From: a virus
Lineage: Duplodnaviria; Caudoviricetes
IMG/VR virus record: IMGVR_UViG_3300048895_000064
Span: 1-32,166 of that record
DNA: 32,166 nt
Reading direction: 5' to 3' (one strand)
Part shown: in pieces, positions 1-7,756 of the stretch
Layout: the number at the start of each line of letters is the position of its first letter
How positions within the stretch are numbered: position 1 is the stretch's first letter
Position numbers and translations under genes: made by a program
Notes under the pieces: model-generated
The model's database searches: none
Told to the model about the DNA's origin: nothing
The model's input: the letters and a program-made list of their open reading frames with translations, nothing else

Positions 1-2
1 CC

Positions 3-392
3 TTCTCTCGCACGGCACACCTGAAGCGGTGGATCGCCGACATCGAGGACACCGCGCTGAAGCGGGCCTACGAGGAGGCCGGGTCGGTCCCGGGCTACAA
101 GGTCGTGCTGAGTGGTGGGCGTCGCCAGATCAGCGATGAGGCCAAGGCGATCGGCGCCCTCATCGACGCGGGATACGGGGTGGAAGAGGTATCCCACATG
201 AAGATAGCCACCCTCGGTCAGTTGGACAAACTGGTCGGGGCCAATGAACTCCAAGAGGTCTTAGGCGACCTGTTGGGTAAGAGCGAGGGACGCCTGTCCG
301 TCGCTAAGGAGAGCGACCCTCGGCCACCGGCCGACGCTGTCCACTCTGCGCAGACGGACTTCGCAGAGATCGAGAATCAAGGAGAAGCCTGA
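3..392 (+). CDS. Cas4-like/DUF2800-family phage exonuclease, C-terminal part (5' truncated by window)
   Basis: Frame is open from base 3 (FSRTAHLKRWIADIEDTALKRAYEEAGSVPGYKVVLSGGRRQISDE). The PGYKVV..GRR segment and the position directly before a DUF2815 SSB and PolA are typical of this module. Confidence 0.65.
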   Translation, partial: FSRTAHLKRWIADIEDTALKRAYEEAGSVPGYKVVLSGGRRQISDEAKAIGALIDAGYGVEEVSHMKIATLGQLDKLVGANELQEVLGDLLGKSEGRLSVAKESDPRPPADAVHSAQTDFAEIENQGEA

Positions 393-913
393 TGGCGAAG
401 GTAGTGACCAAGAAGCCGGTGCGGCTCACGTTCTGCTTCCTCCCGGACGAGGACGGTGTGTTCCGCACCAGCGTCCTCGTCCCGAAGCGGGACAAGGCCC
501 TGATCGCGCAGATCGAGGAAGCGATCGAGGAGGCCAAGGAGTACGGCAAGACCGCGAAGTGGGGCGGCAAGATCCCGCGCAACCTCAAGATCTCGTTCCA
601 GGACGGCGACGACACCGACCTGGACAAGTACCCGGAGAACGAGGGGCACATGCTCCTCAACACCCGGTCCAAGAAGAAGGTGGGCCTGGTCGACATCGAC
701 CGCCAGCCCATCCTCGACGCCAGCGAGGTCTACTCGGGGTGCTGGGCCTACGTCAGCGCCACGTCGTTCGCCTACGACAACGAGTCGAAGGGGGTGTCGT
801 TCTTCCTGAACAACATCATGAAAGCCCGCGACGACGAGTCGTTCGGTGGCAGTGTGTCCAGCCCGGACGAGGACTTCGCCGAAGTCGAGGTCGACGAGGA
901 CGACCTGATCTGA
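392..913 (+). CDS. ssDNA-binding protein (DUF2815 / T7 gp2.5-like)
   Basis: QDGD, EVYSGCW, FAYDNESKGVSFFLNNIMKARDDESFGG motifs; acidic C-terminal tail (EVEVDEDDLI); TGA/ATG overlap with the upstream gene. Confidence 0.85.
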   Translation: MAKVVTKKPVRLTFCFLPDEDGVFRTSVLVPKRDKALIAQIEEAIEEAKEYGKTAKWGGKIPRNLKISFQDGDDTDLDKYPENEGHMLLNTRSKKKVGLVDIDRQPILDASEVYSGCWAYVSATSFAYDNESKGVSFFLNNIMKARDDESFGGSVSSPDEDFAEVEVDEDDLI

Positions 914-925
914 GACAAGGTCAGG

Positions 926-1047
926 TACACTAGACCGCAGCCGGGGCGGAGTCGTTCAGTCCGCGGGGAGTTGCCCCCCAACGACAGCCCGAAAGGGCGA
1001 GCCTTTCTCCTCCGCCCCGGCTGCTCTTCGTTTAGACAGGAGAGCAG
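926..1047 (+). promoter_or_regulatory. Putative -10 box (TACACT) and structured 5' leader of the DNA polymerase gene
   Basis: TACACT at 926-931; perfect 15-bp stem 937-951/1010-1024 enclosing GTCGTT/AACGAC and a GCCC-GAAA-GGGC hairpin; SD AGGAGA at 1038-1043. Confidence 0.55.
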
Positions 1048-3080
1048 TGGACACCATCACGGTGAACCGAGTGAAGTTCCCGGATGCGGCCAAGCCCATC
1101 ATCCGAGCAGCGGCTCTCTCTGCTCTGGGCGAACCACTGCGAATCAAGTACACCGACGGCGACGCTGACCTCGCGTTCGACCTGCTTGACCAGAACGCCG
1201 CCGTACGCACCCTCGGCCCGAAGCAGTTCTACGACGCGGTGTGGATCCCCCTCGAGAACGGGCAGGGCTTCCGCAAGGGGATCGGCTACCCGAACGCTCA
1301 GTATTACGTCCAGTTCGCGCTGAAGCAGGCGCACGGGCTGGACCTTCACATGTTCGACGACGACGTGCTCATCCTGGACACCGAGACGCACGGCTCCGAG
1401 CACCGCTGGAACATGGCACCGCGTGACTTCTTCCGGTTGGGTCAGTACGCATGGGGCGAGGGCGACGTGGTGCTCACCCAGGACTTCGACGAGGTGGTCG
1501 ACGCGATACGGTCGGCCCGGCTGATCATCGGCCACCAGATCCACTCCTACGACCTGTCCTATCTCATGAACGACGAGGCGCTCCACCTACCCGTGTTCGA
1601 CACCCTTGTCCATGCAACGTGCGTCACCCCCGCGCCTGACCGCTTCCTCAACGCGAAGGGCGTGGTCCAACTCTCCAACTCGCCGGGGTCTGCGCTGGCG
1701 TTCCATTCGCTCGAGAACGCCTGCTTCACCTTCGGCATCCCGGGGAAGCACGGCAACCTGAAAGACATGGCGAAGCGGCACGGGTGTGAGATCGGCGAGA
1801 TCCCGATCAACGACGAGTTCGAGGAGTACGCCCGACAGGACGTGGTGGCGAACCGAGAGTTGGCACGGGCCATGTTCAGTGTCGCCGAGCCCACGGACTA
1901 CGAGTGGCGGGAGCAGGAGGTAGCGGCGATCAACGCCCAGATCAGCCGCAACGGATTCCGCGTAGACCGGGACGTGGCCGAGGCACGGGTGCGGCAACTC
2001 CAGCGCCGGAAGGACGCCCTGCTCGTGGACCTTGTGATGGACTACGGGTTCCCGACGCAGGGGAAGCAGCCGTGGAGGAGCAACGCGGGGAAGGCCGCGA
2101 TCCTTGACATCCTGGGGCCGAGCGCGAAGCGGCTGCCCAAGACGAAGAAGGGCGCACCGTCCCTGTCCGGTGAAGCGATCAAGAGCGTGACCGTGGGTAC
2201 GGAGAACGAGGCGATGGGTGAGGCGCTGGGCGAACTGCTGGGTCAGCGGTCGCTGGCGCAACTCGCGCTCGAGAACACCCACGACGACGGCTTCGTCCAC
2301 CCAGACATCACGTCGCTTCAGCGGTCGCGGCGCTTCTCGGTATCCAACCCCGGCCTGTCAGTCTGGACAGCACACGGCCCCGGCGCGATTGAGAAGGCGT
2401 ACTTCGTGGCAGACGGCGATGACCACGTCCTGTACGAGATGGACTTCGCCGCAGCCGACGCCCGCGTGGTCGCGGCGTACAGCGGGGACCGGCACTACCT
2501 GAGGGACATGACGAACCCGAAGTTCGACGCTCACATCCAGACAGCGCGATGGTGCTACGGGGCGAAGTTGGACGAGGACCCGAAGAAGTACCGCCAGATC
2601 GCGAAGGACGTCACCCACGCCATCCCCTACGGCGCGGGCGGTAAGCGGGTGAGTGAGACGGTGGGTATCACGTTGAATCAGGGCTACGACGTGATCAAGA
2701 AGTTCGGCATGACCTACCCGTCAGTTGCCAAGTGGATGGAGCGGTCCCGCGAGGAGGGGAAGTGTGGCACGTTGACGAACGCATGGGGCGGGGTGCTCTA
2801 CCTGGAGCCGGGTCGTGAGTACACGCAGTCCCCCGCTCTGTATGGCCAGAACGGCACCCGCGAGTTGCTCGTTGACGGCATGATCCGATGCCGGGATGCG
2901 GGCCTGCTGCACTACCTCAAGATCACGGTTCACGACGCCGTCGTGTTCTCGTTCCCTAGGGACAATCACGAAGCGATGAAGAAGGAGGCCGAGGCGTGTT
3001 TCACCACGAAGTTCCGAGAGGTGCCGTTCCCCCTGACGAGCGGGAAGCCCGCCGACGATTGGTACGAGGCGGGGCACTGA
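1047..3080 (+). CDS. polA: DNA polymerase, family A, with 3'-5' exonuclease domain
   Basis: Exo motifs LDTETH, GHQIHSYDL, YARQDV; motif A DFAAADAR, motif B RQIAKDVTHAIPYG, motif C VHDA. Confidence 0.93.
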   Translation: MDTITVNRVKFPDAAKPIIRAAALSALGEPLRIKYTDGDADLAFDLLDQNAAVRTLGPKQFYDAVWIPLENGQGFRKGIGYPNAQYYVQFALKQAHGLDLHMFDDDVLILDTETHGSEHRWNMAPRDFFRLGQYAWGEGDVVLTQDFDEVVDAIRSARLIIGHQIHSYDLSYLMNDEALHLPVFDTLVHATCVTPAPDRFLNAKGVVQLSNSPGSALAFHSLENACFTFGIPGKHGNLKDMAKRHGCEIGEIPINDEFEEYARQDVVANRELARAMFSVAEPTDYEWREQEVAAINAQISRNGFRVDRDVAEARVRQLQRRKDALLVDLVMDYGFPTQGKQPWRSNAGKAAILDILGPSAKRLPKTKKGAPSLSGEAIKSVTVGTENEAMGEALGELLGQRSLAQLALENTHDDGFVHPDITSLQRSRRFSVSNPGLSVWTAHGPGAIEKAYFVADGDDHVLYEMDFAAADARVVAAYSGDRHYLRDMTNPKFDAHIQTARWCYGAKLDEDPKKYRQIAKDVTHAIPYGAGGKRVSETVGITLNQGYDVIKKFGMTYPSVAKWMERSREEGKCGTLTNAWGGVLYLEPGREYTQSPALYGQNGTRELLVDGMIRCRDAGLLHYLKITVHDAVVFSFPRDNHEAMKKEAEACFTTKFREVPFPLTSGKPADDWYEAGH

Positions 3081-3081
3081 C

Positions 3082-3939
3082 ATGATGGACCTCTACGATC
3101 ACATGGTGATAGAGCGGCATAAGATCTGGCTCGCCCGTCAGGACAATGCACCGCAGCCGTGGACCGAAGACCCGGTGCTGGTGAACCTGAAGATGACCAA
3201 TATGTTCCGCGTCCTCGACCCCGGCTCGCAGTTCGTGTTCGACCTCGACGGCGACGATCCGGTGGACGTGATCACCCGGCTGGTCTTCTACCGGATCACG
3301 AACCGCCCGTCGACGTGGTACGCGCTGAGGTCGTCGCTCGGGCGTTACCCGGTGGCCGCGGACTTCACCGAGAACCCGGAACGGATCACTGCCTTTTTGG
3401 ATCTGTACCGGAACCTGGGGAACCCGATCTTCAGCGGGGCGTACATCATCATCCCGAACCCCGGCGTCACCGGCAGCGACAAGATGGTCGATGCAATCTC
3501 ATTGGTCCGGTTCTTCATCGAGGAGAAGGCCGAGGCGTTCCTGGACGCCACTACCCAGGACGAGCGGTATCACCTGCTCAGGTCGACGAAGGGGCTGGGT
3601 CGCTTCCTGTCGATGCAGATCCTCACCGACTGGGACTACCTCCAGATCGATGAGCCGGACCTGTCGTTCGTGGTGGCTGGCCCCGGTGCCGTCCGCGGTG
3701 CCGCGCTGCTCGACCCGATCAAGAAAGCGGAGGACATGATCTACGATCTCGCCTTCGACTGGATGGCCTACGGTGCCGTCACGCTGGCGGGCCGCTCCCT
3801 CACGCCGATGGACGTGCAGAACACTCTCTGCGAGTTCAGCAAGTACGCCCGCGAGATCAACACCCCTCGCAGGAAGACGGCGTACCGACCCGCCCACCCC
3901 GGCGCTCAGCCAACCCCGATCCTCCCGCAGTGGTGGTAG
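3082..3939 (+). CDS. aGPT-Pplase1-like protein (amino acid:DNA transferase family, HhH-glycosylase-like fold), DNA hypermodification
   Basis: N-terminal ERHKIWLARQ..PQPWTEDPVL...TNMFRVLDPGSQ, central FSGAYII, GPGAVRG and C-terminal DVQNTLCEFSKY, which together are characteristic of this family. Confidence 0.8.
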   Translation: MMDLYDHMVIERHKIWLARQDNAPQPWTEDPVLVNLKMTNMFRVLDPGSQFVFDLDGDDPVDVITRLVFYRITNRPSTWYALRSSLGRYPVAADFTENPERITAFLDLYRNLGNPIFSGAYIIIPNPGVTGSDKMVDAISLVRFFIEEKAEAFLDATTQDERYHLLRSTKGLGRFLSMQILTDWDYLQIDEPDLSFVVAGPGAVRGAALLDPIKKAEDMIYDLAFDWMAYGAVTLAGRSLTPMDVQNTLCEFSKYAREINTPRRKTAYRPAHPGAQPTPILPQWW

Positions 3940-3960
3940 GACCAACCTGACTACCCCTCG

Positions 3961-3981
3961 CCTAGCCCACCCTGCTAGGCT
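3961..3981 (+). promoter_or_regulatory. Putative extended -10 promoter (TGC-TAGGCT) overlapping the inverted repeat CCTAGC-N7-GCTAGG
   Basis: Intergenic, about 35 nt before the ATG at 4015; resembles the - strand element at 12416-12434. Confidence 0.45.
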
Positions 3982-4014
3982 TAGGTGTAGGCAACCAATG
4001 GAGAAAGGCAGAAC

Positions 4015-4515
4015 ATGAGTCTGGCAAAGGTCAATCAGATCGGCCGGGTGCGGAAGCCCGGCAAGTGCGAGAAGTGCGGGCTGGAGATCAAGGTGGGAGA
4101 CCCCGCCGTCCGGTTCGCTGTGGGGTTCCGCGGGTTCACGCGTACCCGCTGCACGAAGCCTGAGTGCTTCCCCAAGCCCAGCGAGCGGGAGTCATCGTTC
4201 GTGGCTGACGCCTACGCCGCGCAGGAGGAGGTGGACGTCGACGGTGCGGGCAACCTGGAGGACCTGAACCAGATCCGCGACGACGTTGCCAACGCCGTGC
4301 GCGAGGTCGCCGGGCAGTACGAGGACAGTGAGATGTTCGACAAGAACGAGGACCTCCAGCAGCGGGCCGAGACGCTGAACGAAGCGGCTGACGAGTTGGA
4401 GAACTGGGAGCCGGAGGGCGAGGAGCCCACCGAGGATGCAACCGAGTACGAGGCGTGGCTCCAGCAGGCCCGTGAGTCCCTCAGCCTCGCGATCGACGGG
4501 ATGGAGTTGCCGTGA
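4015..4515 (+). CDS. Hypothetical protein with N-terminal Cys cluster (possible Zn finger) and acidic helical C-terminus
   Basis: CEKC...RCTKPEC followed by an acidic coiled-coil-like region; purine-rich RBS; GTGA overlap with the next gene. Confidence 0.75.
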   Translation: MSLAKVNQIGRVRKPGKCEKCGLEIKVGDPAVRFAVGFRGFTRTRCTKPECFPKPSERESSFVADAYAAQEEVDVDGAGNLEDLNQIRDDVANAVREVAGQYEDSEMFDKNEDLQQRAETLNEAADELENWEPEGEEPTEDATEYEAWLQQARESLSLAIDGMELP

Positions 4516-6053
4516 CGGAGAAGTACACGTTCCCCACGGCGAGTGAGGCGCTGCCGTTTATCTGCTCCCGCATCCTGGACATAGGCGACGAGGTGGGCAG
4601 CCGCAACGGGCGGGTGAAGGAACTCCTGAACACCCAGATCGTGCTGACCGACCCGCAGCGCCGGGAGATCCTCACCATCAACCGCAAGGCCAACATCTTC
4701 GCCCAGATCGCTGAGACGATGTGGGTGCTGGCCGGGCGCAACGACGTCGAGTGGTTGAGCGCCTACCTGCCGCGAGCCAAGGAGTACAGCGACGACGGCA
4801 TCACGTGGAGAGGCGGCTACGGCCCGCGTCTCCGGCAGTGGTCCACGCGCAAGCCGGGCGAGGACTACTATGCGCCGATCGATCAGGTCGCCCACGTCGT
4901 GGACTTGCTCCGGGAAGACCCACTGTCCCGGCGTGCGGTGATCGCGATCTACGACCCGGCGCGCGACACGGAGCCGGGCAAGGACATCCCTTGCAACGAC
5001 TTCCTCCAATTCCAGAGCCGCCTCGGTGCCCTGCACATGACCGTGACCGTGCGGTCGAACGACATGATGTGGGGCTGGTCGGGGATCAACGCTTTCGAGT
5101 GGAGCACGCTCCAGGAGATCGTGGCGCACCTGCTCGGGATTGCCGTGGGCACGCTCACGTTCAACATCGGCAGCCTGCACCTCTACGCACCGCATTGGGA
5201 GAGGGCCAATCGCTTCGAGTACGAAGACAACTCGTACGCGATCAGCCCGTTCCAGATGCCCGATCACATGAACCGAACCCTGTTCGAAGTGGACACCCTC
5301 CTCGACCAGTGGTTCGCATGGGAGGAGATGTGCCGGGCGGGCACGGCCACGCTGGAGCGCCTGGACAAGATCCAGGAACCGCTGTTCCAGTCCTGGGCCG
5401 TGGCGATTGCGTACTTCTGGCAGCGCGATGAGTTCTGGCTCAAGGCGCTCAACGGCACGGCGCTGGCAGCGGCCATAGCCAGGACCCCCGCCACGACGCT
5501 CTCAGAGGCCCCTCAGACGTCGCACGACACCGGGGCGGGGGTAACCCACAACCTAGCCGCGCACGACCGCACACGGGCGTTCTACGGTTTCGTCACCGAC
5601 CTGCACTTCAAGAAGCACGAGTCGTACGGAGACTCGTGGAAGAAGCGCGGCGAGAAGATGTCGATCCTGGCGAACATGGCTCGCAAGGTGGACCGGCTGG
5701 GGGTGGGTGACGAGTACGACAGTTCGGCTGACACCCTGATCGACCTGCTGGTCTACACGCTGAAGTACGGACTGTGGCTCGAGGGCAAGGACGACGGCCC
5801 CGAGAACGTCAACGACATGCTGTCGTGGTTCTTGGCGGAGACCGAGGAGTGCGTGGGGCAGGCGGCGGACATCGCCATCGTTGACATCGTGGATGACTTC
5901 AACCTCTACTGCGACAGCATCGATACGTACAGCACAGACCAGAAGTCGGACTTCGTCGCAGAGTTGGCGCGGCGCGTGGCCCCCATCGCCCGCGACGTCT
6001 GGTACGCGGAGACCTACGGCACCGACGAGTACCGAGGGGCAGACGCCGACTGA
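4512..6053 (+). CDS. Thymidylate synthase-like enzyme (probable dUMP hydroxymethylase) fused to a C-terminal Nmad1/DUF1599-like domain
   Basis: GGYGPRL, DPLSRRAVIAIYDP, catalytic DIPCN, RSNDMMWGWSGINAF and SLHLYAPH; C-terminal KHESYGDSWKKRG...ILANMARKVDRL...DTLIDLLVY. Confidence 0.85.
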   Translation: MTEKYTFPTASEALPFICSRILDIGDEVGSRNGRVKELLNTQIVLTDPQRREILTINRKANIFAQIAETMWVLAGRNDVEWLSAYLPRAKEYSDDGITWRGGYGPRLRQWSTRKPGEDYYAPIDQVAHVVDLLREDPLSRRAVIAIYDPARDTEPGKDIPCNDFLQFQSRLGALHMTVTVRSNDMMWGWSGINAFEWSTLQEIVAHLLGIAVGTLTFNIGSLHLYAPHWERANRFEYEDNSYAISPFQMPDHMNRTLFEVDTLLDQWFAWEEMCRAGTATLERLDKIQEPLFQSWAVAIAYFWQRDEFWLKALNGTALAAAIARTPATTLSEAPQTSHDTGAGVTHNLAAHDRTRAFYGFVTDLHFKKHESYGDSWKKRGEKMSILANMARKVDRLGVGDEYDSSADTLIDLLVYTLKYGLWLEGKDDGPENVNDMLSWFLAETEECVGQAADIAIVDIVDDFNLYCDSIDTYSTDQKSDFVAELARRVAPIARDVWYAETYGTDEYRGADAD

Positions 6054-7075
6054 TGCTGCGAGATGAGATGTTCCACTACCTGTACCGGGTGGAGAAGGAA
6101 GACCGCCTCCCGGTATGGGTGATCTCGTACAACCGATACGACGCTCCCACTCTGACCAGGATGTCGGAGTGGGAGCGCCTGGACGACATTCACGTGGTCG
6201 TCCGAGAGTCACAGATCGCCGCGTACCGCAGACACTTCCCTGCCCTGCGGTTCGAGGCGTTGCCTGACGAGCAGATCGGTTCCTGCGGAGCGGCCCGCTG
6301 GGGCGCGTACGACCTAGCCCGTGAGTTCGGCTACCAGCGGGCCGTGATGATGGACGACGACCTGCTCCAGTTTCGCCCGCTGTATCAGCACCACTTCGTC
6401 AAGGGGCCGAACGCCGGGGCACCGTGCAGCCGGGTCTTCGACAAGGACGACATCGAGGAGTTCGGTGGGCTGGCCGCGCTGGAAGAGGCCACCGTGACCA
6501 TGATGGGCAAGGTCGCTGATGACGTCTTCGACGAGGAGCCGAAGGCGGTGATCGGCACCACGATCAAACGGCTGCGGTCGTTCGACAATCGGAACCACGC
6601 GACTCGGTACTACCTGAACGGCGGGAGCACCCCGCGCCAGTGGACGGCGTGGGACCTGGAGAGGCTGGAAGAGCACGGCATCCGGCTCAACCTCGAACAG
6701 TTCGGCATCGTAGGTGAGGACGTCGGCTTTCTTGCCACGCTGTTCCAGGCGGGCATGGACGCTTTCACCATGCCGTCGTTCGCGTTCGAGTACTGGAATC
6801 AGAACGAGGGCCGGAACCGGGTTCAGGAGGCGGACACGCAGACGACCATCCGAACGCCGGGGCTTGCGGCCCTCCTCTCCGAGCATGAGTACGCGATGCT
6901 CCGCCTGTACGAGATGGGGGACAACTACCTGCGCGTCTGCCCGAAGGGCGGAGAAGAGTATGAGTGGGGTGAGGTGGACTGGCGGGCGTTGTCAAAGTAC
7001 CGGGGCAGCGAGATGAAGCGTGTTCTCTGGTACGCGGACCAAGACCGGATCGACGAAATGAAGGAGTTGTTATGA
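6053..7075 (+). CDS. GT-A glycosyltransferase, TAGT/GREB1-like (phage DNA-base glycosyltransferase)
   Basis: VWVISYNR, HVVVRESQIAAY, IGSCGAAR, metal-binding VMMDDD and late GEDV motif; translationally coupled to the TS-like gene. Confidence 0.72.
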   Translation: MLRDEMFHYLYRVEKEDRLPVWVISYNRYDAPTLTRMSEWERLDDIHVVVRESQIAAYRRHFPALRFEALPDEQIGSCGAARWGAYDLAREFGYQRAVMMDDDLLQFRPLYQHHFVKGPNAGAPCSRVFDKDDIEEFGGLAALEEATVTMMGKVADDVFDEEPKAVIGTTIKRLRSFDNRNHATRYYLNGGSTPRQWTAWDLERLEEHGIRLNLEQFGIVGEDVGFLATLFQAGMDAFTMPSFAFEYWNQNEGRNRVQEADTQTTIRTPGLAALLSEHEYAMLRLYEMGDNYLRVCPKGGEEYEWGEVDWRALSKYRGSEMKRVLWYADQDRIDEMKELL

Positions 7076-7386
7076 CCGAGTACACCGCACACGTCCAAGT
7101 TCCGGACGCTGCGATCGGGGCGGTAATCCACGACGCACTACTCGGTCACGAGGCCGTCGCCTGCGCTACATTGAGAAGCGGTAGCGGGACGTGGCTGTCG
7201 TTCGGGTACAACGCGGATAGCGATGACGAGGCTTCCATGATGGCGTCGTCTATCAGGTATCACGCGAGTCGTCCACAGGAGGTGCTCATACCTTTCGGGT
7301 ACGAGGCTTCCAGTATCGGGTCGTTCGAGAATGCGCCTATGATCATCACACAAGGGCGCGTCGTTATTCACAGTGAGGGAATCTGA
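7072..7386 (+). CDS. Hypothetical protein
   Basis: ATGA overlap with the upstream gene, SD AAGGAG; visibly more A/T at third codon positions than its neighbours. Confidence 0.6.
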   Translation: MTEYTAHVQVPDAAIGAVIHDALLGHEAVACATLRSGSGTWLSFGYNADSDDEASMMASSIRYHASRPQEVLIPFGYEASSIGSFENAPMIITQGRVVIHSEGI

Positions 7387-7387
7387 C

Positions 7388-7636
7388 ATGATCAACCACG
7401 GGACGAGGAGCGGATACTACGCCCACCGTCGCCGGAGTGAGCCGCCGTGCGACGCCTGCCGCGAAGCGATCAACGAGTACCTCCGGGAGTACCGTGCTAG
7501 GACCAAGGAGAACCGAAGCCGGAACCGCGAGAAGATCCGACGGAGGGCTCTGTCCGCATTGAGGGATGCCCACCGCGAGGAGTACGAGCGCCTCGTGGTG
7601 CAGTTCGAGGCGGATGAACTGGAGGAGGCGATATAA
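7388..7636 (+). CDS. Small His/Cys (Zn-binding-like) basic phage protein
   Basis: HGTRSGYYAH...PCDACREA motif common in actinophage small proteins; Arg-rich helix; ATG at 7388 after GAGGGA. Confidence 0.7.
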   Translation: MINHGTRSGYYAHRRRSEPPCDACREAINEYLREYRARTKENRSRNREKIRRRALSALRDAHREEYERLVVQFEADELEEAI

Positions 7637-7639
7637 CCG

Positions 7640-7756
7640 ATGCCGTGGTGGCTCTGGGTAGTCCTCGGGGTCATCACCTATCTGATCATTCTGCTGTTTG
7701 CCTATGCGCTGAGCAAGGCAGCCGGAGACGAGGACGAGAGAAGAGGTTACAAGTGA
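7640..7756 (+). CDS. Small single-pass membrane protein (38 aa, absent from the ORF track)
   Basis: SD GGAGGAGG, then ATG; MPWWLWVVLGVITYLIILLFAYALSKAAGDEDERRGYK*; its TGA overlaps the next ATG. Confidence 0.7.
   Translation: MPWWLWVVLGVITYLIILLFAYALSKAAGDEDERRGYK

Noticed and set aside
3-392. Cas4-like gene as part of a CRISPR-Cas system
   Set aside because: Standard phage exonuclease-SSB-PolA context; no array or other cas genes.
937-1024. tRNA-like cloverleaf
   Set aside because: No T-loop or D-loop consensus, and the closing stem is too long for an acceptor stem.
4212-5267. 351-aa - strand ORF, and similar long antisense ORFs such as 29612..31126, 21578..22681, 22636..23787 and 19785..20741
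   Set aside because: Shadow frames of well-supported genes in high-GC DNA; no motifs or RBS.
4512-6053. dCMP hydroxymethylase (T4-like hmC pathway)
   Set aside because: The specificity position appears to be Asn rather than Asp, and the neighbouring aGPT-Pplase family is hmU-associated; not fully excluded without an assay.
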